DNA of 64,000 nucleotides from Lingula anatina (lineage: Eukaryota; Animalia; Brachiopoda). Each line of letters starts with the position of its first letter. Positions within the stretch are counted from its first letter, which is position 1. Under the pieces are notes generated by a model. The model was not told the DNA's origin. It worked only from the letters and a program-made list of their open reading frames with translations, and did not search any database. The stretch covers positions 25,380,534 through 25,444,533 of the forward strand of contig CM120644.1 in the NCBI GenBank assembly GCA_051362555.1. The letters run 5' to 3'. Shown here piece after piece: positions 24,742 through 36,415 of this stretch. The position numbers were made by a program, and so were the translations under genes.

Positions 24742-27128
24742 TGAATTATGTCAAATCAAGTGATTGGTCAGGAAAAGCATGGTTCAGCCATTAGCATCTC
24801 TTCAGTGTGTTTAAAGAAGTAAACAGGTTACATAATTAATAATGCCGTAAGTTATCTGTGTCAGATATTGACTGTTGATGAAGTCGGTGACACAGTATAT
24901 GAAGGACATTAGAACACTGGAAGACAACTTGCTGATGTTAGATTGTGATCTTCATTACCTGTTTAATTTTGTTTTAACTCATCCAATGAAAGAAAAATGT
25001 GAAAGAATAGACAGTTGTATCACTTCATGTAAGATAAATATACTCAGGGAAATATTTAAAGTATTTCCATTTTTACCATGATCGTGATAGCAAAACACAA
25101 TCTGTAATAATTCTATCACAGTGGAAGTGCTGTCAATCCCATATGTATTGAATTAAAATTAAAAGAATAGTGATGATGGAGATGAACTGACCTGAACTGT
25201 AAATAGTGTGGATAAAAATGACAGCTGTATATGAAAAAATGTAAATAAAATAAAATGTAAAACAAACTATTGTAATGTGTAGTCTTGTTTTCTGATATAC
25301 AGTGACAGTGTAGTACTTTAAGCTGGTGTTGTAACAGTTCATGTCTGCAAAAAATAACAAAGCTGATTTGGAGTTTTTAAGATGAGGCAACTCGGGGGGG
25401 AAGGGGGGTCATGCACCCCCACCAAGGATGGCAGATGGATAAGTTCTTGAGCAAAAATCCCGAACAGAGTTGTGCAAAGATAGAGAAACATCTGCTGTTA
25501 AACTCCTCTCTGTGGTGCTGGTATAGATAAACAGTACCCAAGTGGTTTTGGTAAAGTTGGAGATGCAGCAATTTCCTTACACATCACAAAATATTTTGAC
25601 GTTGAATTCACAGCATAAACTATTGTCCATCAACTGCCACTGTAAAAAGATTATATTAAATTCGCAAGCAGTTGCAAAAAATCTGACTCAACTAAACGCC
25701 CCCCCCCCCCCCCACTCCCAGTCACGCCCAGCTTTGCCAACACTGCCATCTATAGTTCAAACCCAACTTCCGCACGTGAAATATAACAAGGTGCATAACG
25801 TAAACAAATGTTTGAATTCACATCGACCGCGTAATTAGAAACAACTTTACATCTGGAAGATAGAGAACGATTATATTCCAGTTTGAAGGTGGATATCGTA
25901 TGTTACAGTAAGTAGATGTTCACCTTTGTGTACATTATTTTTCAACTGAAATAATCGCGATAGCTTCATATTAGTTTTTAAGCAACCCGCAAAAATCTCT
26001 CTCTTATCAAGGGGGGGATGCTTATATACGAAGTAGTACGAAAATTCATGCGTTAGCATGGATTTTTGTGCTAATATACGATGTTGAATTGGATTATCAG
26101 TTCGTTGACAGTAATAAGAAAGGTGGACGTCTGATGAGTAACAGACCAGTAACTTACATGTACCGGTAATTGTCGTTGTGGGGACGCCAGTGATCGAACT
26201 GAAATTGAAAATCTAAAGTGTAAAAGGCTGATCAATTTGCCGCCGACAACAGGGATCAACAGGATTTATTTAGGGGTGTTGGCCGCAAAATCAGCTGGAC
26301 TCTGCAGTGATCTCCTTTTAACCATTGCTAGCTGTGAAAGAAAGACGCTATGTTGTGTGTGTGTGTGTGTTTTTTTTTTTTTTTTCTAAACCTGCTGTTG
26401 ATAAACTTGACAATTAGAGTTGAGATAAGGAAATTTTACTGTACCTTAAAGATCTCATCTCTGCCGCCCCTCCCCCCCCCCACCCTCCCCCTCCCCCCCC
26501 CCCCCAATCCCGACCCTCACACCTCCCCTGTCTTCCAAGCTCTTGTGCTTGTTTGTCAAAAACTTGATTTGTTTATTTATGTGTAATATGATATTTCTCC
26601 AGGCCTTCAAGTAAGTACATGAACATGAACATTATGATCTTATTCATCTATTCAAACAAATGTAAATAATTTGTAAATTCTTCACTCTTAATTCAAACAA
26701 ATAAATAACAACAATTAAAAACTTGTAGTACTTGCTACAGAAACCAAACTGAAGTAAGCGTGTAAAATGCCCTGTGGCTTTTAATAATAGTTTTATTGTA
26801 ATTTCTGCACCAATGCAATAACATATTTTAACAAATCTGTTTCACACATTTCCAACAGTTTATGAGAATAAATAATATTAAAAACTACCACACTGAAAAT
26901 AGAAATCACAATGGTCATTATAAATGTTATATACACTGTCCACGTTTACTAGTTTGACTCTTGGCTGAATGAATATAGTAACTCATAAGGTCAGCTCAGA
27001 CCTCATTTAAATAAATGAGTATAGTAATCACTCCTGAGTTTATCATTGGCCAAAACCTGCAAGACTTATTATATATCAACAAAATTGAATCAGTCATAAA
27101 CCATATACAAATACATATGTACCGATAG

Positions 27129-27310
27129 TAAATCAGGTCAATAATCAGGTCAGTAATTGGGTCACCCATACCTGTTGTTGTGTTTTCACAAAAGGTAAAG
27201 AGTTTCTTATGCAGCTGGTCGGTTATAGTGCTGAGTCACAGCGCAGGCTGGGTGAATTTGAGTTTTTTTCTACAGTGTTGTTATTTCTTCTCCAGTACTG
27301 ACAGTAAGTA
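27129..27310 (+). promoter_or_regulatory. SDR copy 1 upstream conserved block: RGGTCA half-site triplet, ARE/AP-1 motif, candidate non-coding first exon donor
   Basis: AGGTCA-n6-AGGTCA-n6-GGGTCA 27135-27164; TGCTGAGTCAC 27229-27239; donor-like ACA|GTAAGT near 27303. The block is conserved at about 40322-40510 and 56662-57160. Confidence 0.55.
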
Positions 27311-27926
27311 TCTGGCCTTGCTGACATCTTCAGGGGGATTTAATGTTATAATTAACCAAGTTTCTTTTTCATTATAATATATTTACACTGTATAATGAGA
27401 ACTTCAATTTGAAGTTGAATTGAGTGATGATAATGTACAAGTGGAAGAACAGTTTCACCCTCTCTTGATTTTTTTTTTTTTTTATAAAGATAAATTATTT
27501 CCCCAATGTCAGTTGAAGGATATGTAAAATGTATTATTTAGCAGTTTATCTCCCCCCCCCCTTCTCTACCCAGGAGTACAAGAATAGATTGCAAAGCAAC
27601 AATAGTGGCGTGTCTCTCCTAACTTGGGGTCATATAAGGTCATGTGCCCTGAACTGGTCTAATTTGTGTTAGGCCTCATTCAGAACAGTGGACTAACTAC
27701 ATGTAGTCTAAGGGTCAAATATGGCCAACTCTCTTGAATACGTCCCCACAGGATATTTATTCACTGTCTATTAGCACATTAGACGGCAGTTTTGGTAGTA
27801 GGTCGCAATATTTGGCCCTCGGACTAGTTAGTCTAGTCGTCAACATCTTGATCAAGAATTAAAGTCTTTGTTATTTCCCTTACAGCTATCAGTATAGTCA
27901 AGTTGTGAAGTGTCTATAGTCCCAGT

Positions 27927-30900
27927 ATGAGTAAGAAGACAATCATTATCACAGGAGCCAATACAGGCATTGGGTTTGCAGCAGCCAGAATCCTGGGTAG
28001 ATCAGGAGACAAGTATACAGTGATCTTAGCCTGTAGATCTGAGGAGAGAGGACAGGAGGCTGTGAGGACCATCAAAGAGGAAAGCCCCAATGCAGATGTG
28101 GTCTACATGAATGTGAGTACTTCAGTTTACAAAGTTGACAAAGTCTCACTTCATGTGGAGACCTTTTATTAATGTGATTGCCTATGTCAGATATATTACA
28201 TATGAAAACAAATGAGTTACCAGATTTTAACAGAACATTTGAAATGTCCTGAGGTAGCACTTGTGAAGCTAATTGATGATTATGAAAGTAATATTTACTG
28301 CACTTCAAGAAGGCACAAAGAGGATATATCACAATTTAATAAAGACTTTTATCCTCAGCTTTTACCAATTGACGCTTCCTCTGAAAGTGTGATTTTATTT
28401 CCAGTTGGACCTGTCAAGTTTGGCATCCGTTCACAAATTTGTGGAGAATTTCCACGCCAGCGGACATAAGCTTCATGTGCTATGTAACAACGCAGGGATG
28501 TTAGTGGGCAACGCTACCAAGTCACCACAGATTACCCAGGATGGCCTTGAAGTTACCATGGAAACAAACCATCTGGGTAAGTTACCATGGAACCAAATCT
28601 GGGTGAGTTACCATGGTATCAAACTATCTGGTAAGTTACCATGGGAACTAATTTGGGTAAATTTCAGAGAAATCATACTGGGTAAGTTACAATTGTATGA
28701 TGGAAACAGATAATTTGGGTGAGTTTCAAAAATTTTTTTGTTTGTAAGTGATATTTAGCTTCTTGAAAATTTCATGGCTTTATCATCATTGATTTTACAA
28801 TCTGCATATTCATCTTTGTTTTTCTCAGTTACAGATGTTCACCTTCTATAGTAATGATTATAGATATTTTTCACTTTTCACTGATTTAAAAACGTATAAG
28901 TTTCCATGGTTTTTCTTTTTTTTTTTTTTTTTCATTTTAATCCTTTTGAAATAAGTTTTTTGCTATTGTTGAATAATTGCAATGACACAAATATCCAATA
29001 TCCAGATGTTAACCTTTAGAGATGCACTGGTAACTTTTGTGAAAATAGTCTATTAAACATGTTAAACAGTTCAGGTTTAATGTTCAGATAATGTATGTGT
29101 GAGCAAGAAGATATTTGATCTGGTACCCACACGTGGCCCATGGTGCACAGAACAAAACTTTTATCCAGGTTCTCTTTGAGGACATAGATGGACAGAATAC
29201 AACCCAGTTGCCAGCCTTAGGAGGACTGGAAATCTAGTTACAGTATGCTAACACTTAATTGATGATGCTGATGGTGGAATGCTGTACATTGATTGATTGA
29301 TTGATGAACTGTAATAAATAGAATCACATTCTGTTTACTACAAATTAATTGGAGCATTCTTTTATTGGTTTATAAGAAATGTAAATGAAGACAAAAGTGT
29401 AATCTGACAGCTTTAATTCCCAGGTCATTTTCTCCTGACCAGTCTGCTGCTGGATGACTTGAAAAGTACAGCTCTTATTGAAGGGGAAGCTAGAATTGTT
29501 GTCACTGCATCACGTGTACATGACCTTGTACAGTCAAAGATGAGTAAGTGAGCTTTATCAAAATAGTGTAATTGTAATTGCACTGTCTGGATAGCTCGTG
29601 ATTTATACGAAACAAATAAATAAATTAGGATTTTAACTAAATGTCTGATCCTCTCTACGTGAATGGCTATACTGATAAATTTATCATCTATATTTCAGTG
29701 GGTACTAAACCAACCAACTGGGATGATATGAACTACACTACACCCGGTTCCTTCAATTCCATGCAGGCATATAAGGATTCCAAGCTGGCCAATGTGATGT
29801 TCACCAGAGAACTGGCCAAAAAACTGGAAGGCACCAATGTCACCGTCAACTGCTTCTGTCCAGGTAATATATATATATACACATGTCAACTGCTTCTGTC
29901 CAGGTAATATATATATATATACACATGTAAACTGCTTCTGTCCAGGTAATATATATATATACACATGTCAACTGCTTCTGTCCAGGTAATATATATATAT
30001 ATATATGTCATATATATATATGTCAACTGCTTCTGTCCAGGTAATGCACACACACATCAACTGACAAAATTAGGACAGGTCAGAGGGCGTAATGAAAGAA
30101 GGTCAAAGGCCGTGTTAAGGTCAGATCAGATGTAATGAGGACAGGTCAAAGGTCAAAATGGCCTTGATCTTAGACTAAATTGTACAGAATCTGCCACTTT
30201 TCAGTGAAATGCAGTGGTTGGAGAAGTGATGTAAATCATTCCATGGTGTTTTCATCAAATAAAGCACATAGTTACCCAAACCTCTGTGAATGTGTTGCTG
30301 TGAACTAAGGGGCCTGTTGTCTTATTTCCAGGGATAGTTCGTACTGAACTTGGTCGGAATAATAGCGGTTGCCTCAAGTGCTGCTTCAGCTTTCTTCTCT
30401 GCTGCTGTTGTTGTCTTGGGCACAGCCTGCACCAGGGTGGAAATGACATTGTACAACTGGCTGTCAGCGATGCCGTAAAAGGTAAAGTAAATATATTATT
30501 GGTATTCCTGGTACAACTGACTGTCAGTGATGTTGTAAAAGGTAAAGTTAATATATGATTGGTATTCCTGGTACAACTGACTGTCAGTGATGTTGTAAAA
30601 GGTAAAGTTAATATATGATTGGTATTCCTGGTACAACTGACTGTCAGTGATGTTGTAAAAGGTAAAGTTAATATATGATTGGTATTCCTGGTACAACTGA
30701 CTGTCAGTGATGTTGTAAAAGGTAAAGTAAATATATTATTGGTATTCCTGGTACAACTGACTGTCAGTGATGCCGTAAAAGGTAAAGTAAATATATTATT
30801 GGTATTCCTGGTACAACTGACTGTCAGCGATGCCGTAAAAGGTAAAGTAAATATATTATTGGTATTCCTGGTACAACTGACTGTCAGCGATGCCGTAAAA

Positions 30901-31402
30901 GGTAAAGTAAATATATTATTGGTATTCCTGGTACAACTGACTGTCAGCGATGCCGTAAAAGGTAAAGTAAATATATTATTGGTATTCCTGGTACAACTGA
31001 CTGTCAGTGATGTTGTTAAAGGTAAAGTAAATATATTATTGGTATTCCTGGTACAACTGACTGTCAGCGATGCCGTAAAAGGTAAAGTAAATATATTATT
31101 GGTATTCCTGGTACAACTGACTGTCAGTGATGTTGTTAAAGGTAAAGTAAATATATTATTGGTATTCCTGGTACATCTGGCGGTAATCAGTTTCATTTGA
31201 GCATCAGTTGCAGTTAGTGTTGTCCAGCAGTGATATCAGCTTGTGATATTAAGGCAACTTTATTTCAGGAGTAACTGGGCGTTACTTTAATGACCAGGAA
31301 GAAGTCACTCCTGCTGCTGAGGCCTTGGATGATGAAGCCTGTAAAAAGCTGTGGACCCTCAGTGAACAGATGGTGGGAGGGAAGAAGGAAGAAAAAGAAT
31401 AG
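27927..31402 (+). CDS. Short-chain dehydrogenase/reductase, retinol dehydrogenase 12/14-like, copy 1 (308 aa)
   Basis: Exons 27927-28112, 28405-28576, 29424-29543, 29699-29863, 30332-30481, 31269-31402. Motifs: [35 protein letters not shown], catalytic YKDSK, PGIVRTEL, C-terminal [11 protein letters not shown]. Confidence 0.95.
28552..28727 (+). repeat. Degenerate approx. 27-bp repeats spanning the SDR1 exon 2 donor (also present at 44802-44975 in SDR2)
   Basis: gttaccatggaa...atctgG|gtRag-like units give about 6 successive donor-like sites in both paralogs. Confidence 0.8.
29844..30046 (+). repeat. About 40-bp repeat x5 spanning the SDR1 exon 4 donor, with (TA)n spacers
   Basis: gtcaactgcttctgtccaG|gtaatatata... 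repeated. The homologous array at 46958-47270 has longer (TA)n tracts. Confidence 0.93.
30451..31180 (+). repeat. 60-bp minisatellite, 12 copies, spanning the SDR1 exon 5 donor
   Basis: gtacaactgRctgtcagYgatgYYgtWaaaG|gtaaagtaaatatattattggtattcctg, exact period 60. Confidence 0.97.
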
Positions 31403-34026
31403 AGTGGAGAGAGCCACCCCCTCCAAAAGTTTACTATGAAGGCGACTGACACATCAGCTAAAGAGATGGCTAGGATTAAAAATGAAAAAAAAGTTGAAAA
31501 ATATTTTAAAATGTGATACTAAAGTGACATTTTATTAGTCTGACGACCATATTATTATATTTTTATATATTATTTTATTATACTTTATTTATATATGCTC
31601 CAGCAAAATTACTAAAATAATATTTTGAAATATGATACTGAAGTGCCTTTTAATTTGGCAGACACACATTATTTTATTTTATATATTATTTTATTATATT
31701 TATATATGTTCAGGCAAAATTTCATTTTCTTTGAAATTCCATCAATTATCTGCATACACTATTGTAAGCCCATTACAGCTAAGATTTCTTAGCTTCAAGT
31801 GTATAACCCCAGCAGGTATAGGAGCACTGCCAAATTATAGCATTTTCGTGTTCCTGGAAATTGCATCAATTTTCAAAATATACCCCTTCAATGCAGCTTA
31901 GATATTAAAAAAATAACCCAAGCAGGTGCAGGAGCACAGCACATCTTGCCAGATTAGAGTTATGTGTTTGTGAGTCCGCTACTCTCAGGTTCCTAATTAG
32001 TGAGTGTTAAAATTGGATCAATAAACGTATGTGGTGCATGAACAGGTCTGGGGAAACTCAAATTATTAATAAGCGTATAGTCCAAATAAATACCAATACA
32101 TATCTGGCAATTAGGAATCAGAGAGTAATATTTTATATGGGATTAACACATCACTATATTCTCTTCCTTTACTGTTTTACTCTCTATTTAGTTTTTAATC
32201 TATATTATTATTGACCAGTATTAACAAACATTCCATTTTTACAGTTATTGCATTTTATATTTTTGTAAACTGTTTTTCCATAATGTAGACATATATTTAA
32301 ATGTGCCGTCATTATGATGTTTTGTGGACATTGAAATTTCCTTCAAACGTAATGTTTCAGACATGAAAACCTTAAATACTGTACTAGATAAAACTAAAAA
32401 AATCGTATTACATTGCAGCAGTTGCCTGTGCGGTTGCCATGGCAGTGCGGTTGCCATGGCAGTAAGGGGCAAGGTCCTCAGTTTTGTCTTGACAAGTCAC
32501 AGAGGCTAGAGCTGCAGTCGCACACTGAGTTTGTGGCTGAAATAACATGAGACAGATTCGTGGAACTCCAAGATTATATGTATGTTTATGTATATATATA
32601 TATATATATATACACTGTGTACATTGTGAGCTGACCTCTGAAATGCAACTTGCTCCCGGATTATCAGTTTGTTTCTGGACTGTTTTATTGTCTTATGTTT
32701 AATATGTGTGGTGTCGAAGATTTTTGCTGATCAGATAGTAGGATAATCAGATCATTTCTGCACAGTTTTATTGTCTTATGTTTAACACGTGTGGTGTTGA
32801 AGATTTTTGCTGATCAGATAGTAGGATAATCAGATCATTTCTGCACTGTTTTATTGTCTTATGTTTAACACATATGCTTTAGGCTTAGCAGACTGTATAT
32901 CTGTCAGCTTTAGCTGGCTTGTTTTATTGTTTTAATACTATCACCTCATAACTGGTAATTTTGCATAATGTTGTTTGCTATACATTTGGTTTATTTCATA
33001 GAGCAAGGCGCATGTGACTTGCTATGATTTCTGGCGTCACACAAAGTACTAATATTTACATATTGTTATTATTATATAATGTATAGTGTAAATAAAAATG
33101 ATATAAATTTGTGACATCTTTGTAGTAACACTATGATTTCCTGTGGACGTAGAACGTGAATCAACCAATGTTCAGACTATGGCCAAGAGTATACAGATGT
33201 GTCTGGTTAAATAGATGGCTAATCTCTGTGCTGAAATCTCAAGGATGATTACATGGCTGGTAATTGTTTGCATAACTACTCAGTACTCAGGTACTGTCGC
33301 TTAGCAAGTCCCTGTCAAGTCCCCTTGACAGTAATCAAGATAGTTAATTGCTCATCTGTGCCAATAAAAACAGCCCCTTAGCAGACAGACAAGACAAGGC
33401 AGGTTACCAAGCGTTAATTACATTGGGGCAAAGCCCAGCTCTCACTGAGCTCCTGCAGAGCAGATACAATGCCATCTGCGCGTGCAAATTTAATTGCTCC
33501 CATCTGGCCAAACGTTACAGGGTCACCTCAGCAAAAATGTCCACAATAATAACTGCGGCCCAGGTACGTAGAGGTAGGTGTTTAAGCTGTGTAAGACAGA
33601 AGTCAGACTTTGTAGCCTGTGCACAATTCCCCTCCTTTTATTACCAGGGTGTTGACATAACCAACCCTCTTAAAGTTTTTACTTTATTAATTTGGAAGGG
33701 GCTTGGTGATCATGTGAATCCAGGCAGCTTGAACGGTGTGGTATATAGTCCGGTGGCTTAGATATCTATGATACACACTTAATTAGTAGATTTCCCATTT
33801 TATTTGGACATATGTGATTGTATTAGAATTACAAGAAAAGGGATGATGTAGATGAACTGACCTCAACTGTAAATAGTTTGTATAAAACTGACAGCTGTAT
33901 ATGAAAAAAAAAATGTAAATAAAATGTGTAACCTACACTTTTTAAAAGTGTAGCTTTGTTTCTGATATACAAGCTCGTGTTCATGTTTATACCCAAATAA
34001 CAAAGCTGATTGGGTGGATTTTTTAA

Positions 34027-34364
34027 AGGGCTAATAACTGTTCATTTTGGCCAAGAAATTAATTTTCCCGGAGTAAACAATAATTTTAATTCCCGTACTT
34101 ACCAATGGTTAACGAATCCATTTCTACATTCAAAGTTAGTCACTTTTTTAAAAGTTCGATTTTATGTTATAATCTCTTTAAGAGCTACATTATTACACAG
34201 TATAGCCATCTATGGAGGTCACGTGGTCTGATGACAAGCTCAGATATCAGAATAATAGCTATAACTGCCCTTTTTGTGGTAAAACAGGAAATATTTATTT
34301 CTATGAGTTGCTTACGATATTTTTAATGTGAAATATAGATCTCATACGAAGAGTTATTATCCCT
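34027..34364. mobile_element. Kolobok/T2-like MITE (TTAA target, AGGG termini)
   Basis: Imperfect TIR agggctaataactgttc / gaagagttattatccct. Paralogous empty sites ttttTTAAgatgag at about 25375 and 51140; same family as 42752-43088, opposite orientation. Confidence 0.8.
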
Positions 34365-34518
34365 TTATGATGAGACGACTCACGTGTTGTCATGCACCCC
34401 CTACCCCGAACCACCACCACCTATCAGCTGGCAGATGGATAAGTTCTAAAATCTTGAAGAGAATTGTACACAGCTAGAGAAATATCTGCTGTAAAACTTC
34501 TCTCTATAGGCCTGGTAA

Positions 34519-35558
34519 TGCCCCTATTTCACACAGACCACGAATTCCACGAATCGCCAGGAATTGACAAGTTTCAGGATTCGTGGTTGAATCTTAATCA
34601 GTTCGTGAAGTTCTTAAGGTGGCAATGTACCCAAATATGGCTAAAAATCGTCATTTGGGGTTTTCTATGTCTAATTATTGGTTAAATGTGTATCTAACGT
34701 TTAACAGAATAAGATTTTTACATTTTGAACAAAATATATGTTTTTTCTGAGGATTTTGATGCTGCACACATCGGCACCGGTTGCCTGGTCTATGCCCCGC
34801 CTTCGTTGTCAAGCGCCGTTGGCATGGGTAAACTCAGTGGGCGGACCCTAGCGGCATCAGCACGACTCGAGAAACAATAGAACAGGGATGCGCCAAACCC
34901 CCTTTGTCATAAACAGCGATCGAAAAAGCATTGCCTATTGTTCCGCTTTTAAGCTGTTTTGATAGTCGCTCTTGATTGTGATCAGCGCTACGGAGAATCT
35001 TTTCCGACACATTGGATTTGCTTGAAATACGCGTTCTCCCTTGAACTTTTCCTGACTCACCCAACTTTGGACATTTCCTCTAACAAAGCCTTTCTGGTTG
35101 CATCTATTTCTTGTTGTTGATGGTCCGATCGGCGTCCTGTAATGCCCTATTTCAGACAGACCACGAATCCCACGAATCGCCAGGAATTGACAAATTTCAG
35201 GATTCGTGAGGATTCGTGAGATTTTGCAAATTTTCTGGCCTAATTCGACACGCTCTACCATTCAGTTACGATACAGGTGCCATAGTGTTACAAATATTCG
35301 TGGGATTCGGCTGGAATCGCACGAATATTGTCAAGAATTCACTACGATTATTTGGAATCGGGAGTGCGTGGCCAAAATTTTGAACAGCTCAAAATTTTTG
35401 CCACGAATTCCCGATTGATCAAGAATTGCAAGAACTGACTACGATTATATACGAATCTGTTTACAACTTCACGATCTGATTACGATTCAACCAGGAGTCC
35501 TGAAATTTGTCAATTCCTGGCGATTCGTGGGGTTCGTGGTCTGTGTGAAATAGGGGCA
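34519..35558. mobile_element. Composite MITE with long TIRs (tgcccctatttcacacagaccacgaa...) and a second internal left end at about 35143
   Basis: About 60-bp inverted match between 34519-34580 and 35498-35558; absent from the paralogous regions near 25520 and 51310. Confidence 0.75.
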
Positions 35559-36415
35559 AAGAGTACTCTGATCAAGGGGTTTTAGGTCACTGCCTCTATA
35601 AAGACCATTAAAGGAAAACCATGTCACTTACACTTCTCAAACTTACAGAAAAGTAGCATAGGACTAAAATATAGCTCCAGTTGAAAAACCTGTCTTACCG
35701 GTTAACCTTTCTGGAAATTATATAGCTTTTTGTTAGAATTAATATTTTCATATATCGACATTTTCAAGGTGTGAATTTAACTTCCATTGGCTTGAAGACC
35801 TTTGCTAGTCACATTTTCTGAATATCTATGATACTTTTACTTTATTCTTAAAAATTGATGGCCATTATGCTGTTAAGCATTATGTTGTATTGCATAAAAG
35901 TTGAAGAAAATCCAATTTTGAACACTGCTGCCAGGATGACCATTAAGAGAAAACCATGTTTCTTATGATACTCAAACTTACTGAAAAGTTTCATAGGACT
36001 GAAGTGCAGCTTGTGTTGGAAAATCACTGATATTGTTTTCTGTTTTGGAAGCAATGCAATTCTATAGAGAGCTAAATGGTGCTACTGTATATGTATGGTG
36101 GCTGGTATGTAATTGTCCCTTGGGTAATCACTAGCTAAATTCAGGGCTATTAAGTCACTTGCCTAATTATTTTTCAAGTGGCCATTAAATGAGATTACAT
36201 AAATCACACATTGATATTTCCCTGTAAAGTCCCATAGGTTTAGCTCTTATTGCATATAAGTTTAAAAAAGAAAAAAATTATATATAACGCCAACATTAAT
36301 GCTGTAGATGAATACCAGTGCCTTATTATTCTCAAACTCATTTGGGTTATTCATATCATGTTAATACAGCTAGATTAAAAGTTTGAATAGCAGCTTTATT
36401 GGAATTTTTTGTTGT

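Noticed and set aside
30255-31196. 313-aa Thr-rich minus-strand ORF (and the 399-aa ORF at 47789-48988)
   Set aside because: Antisense read-through of the 60-bp minisatellite; no independent gene signals.
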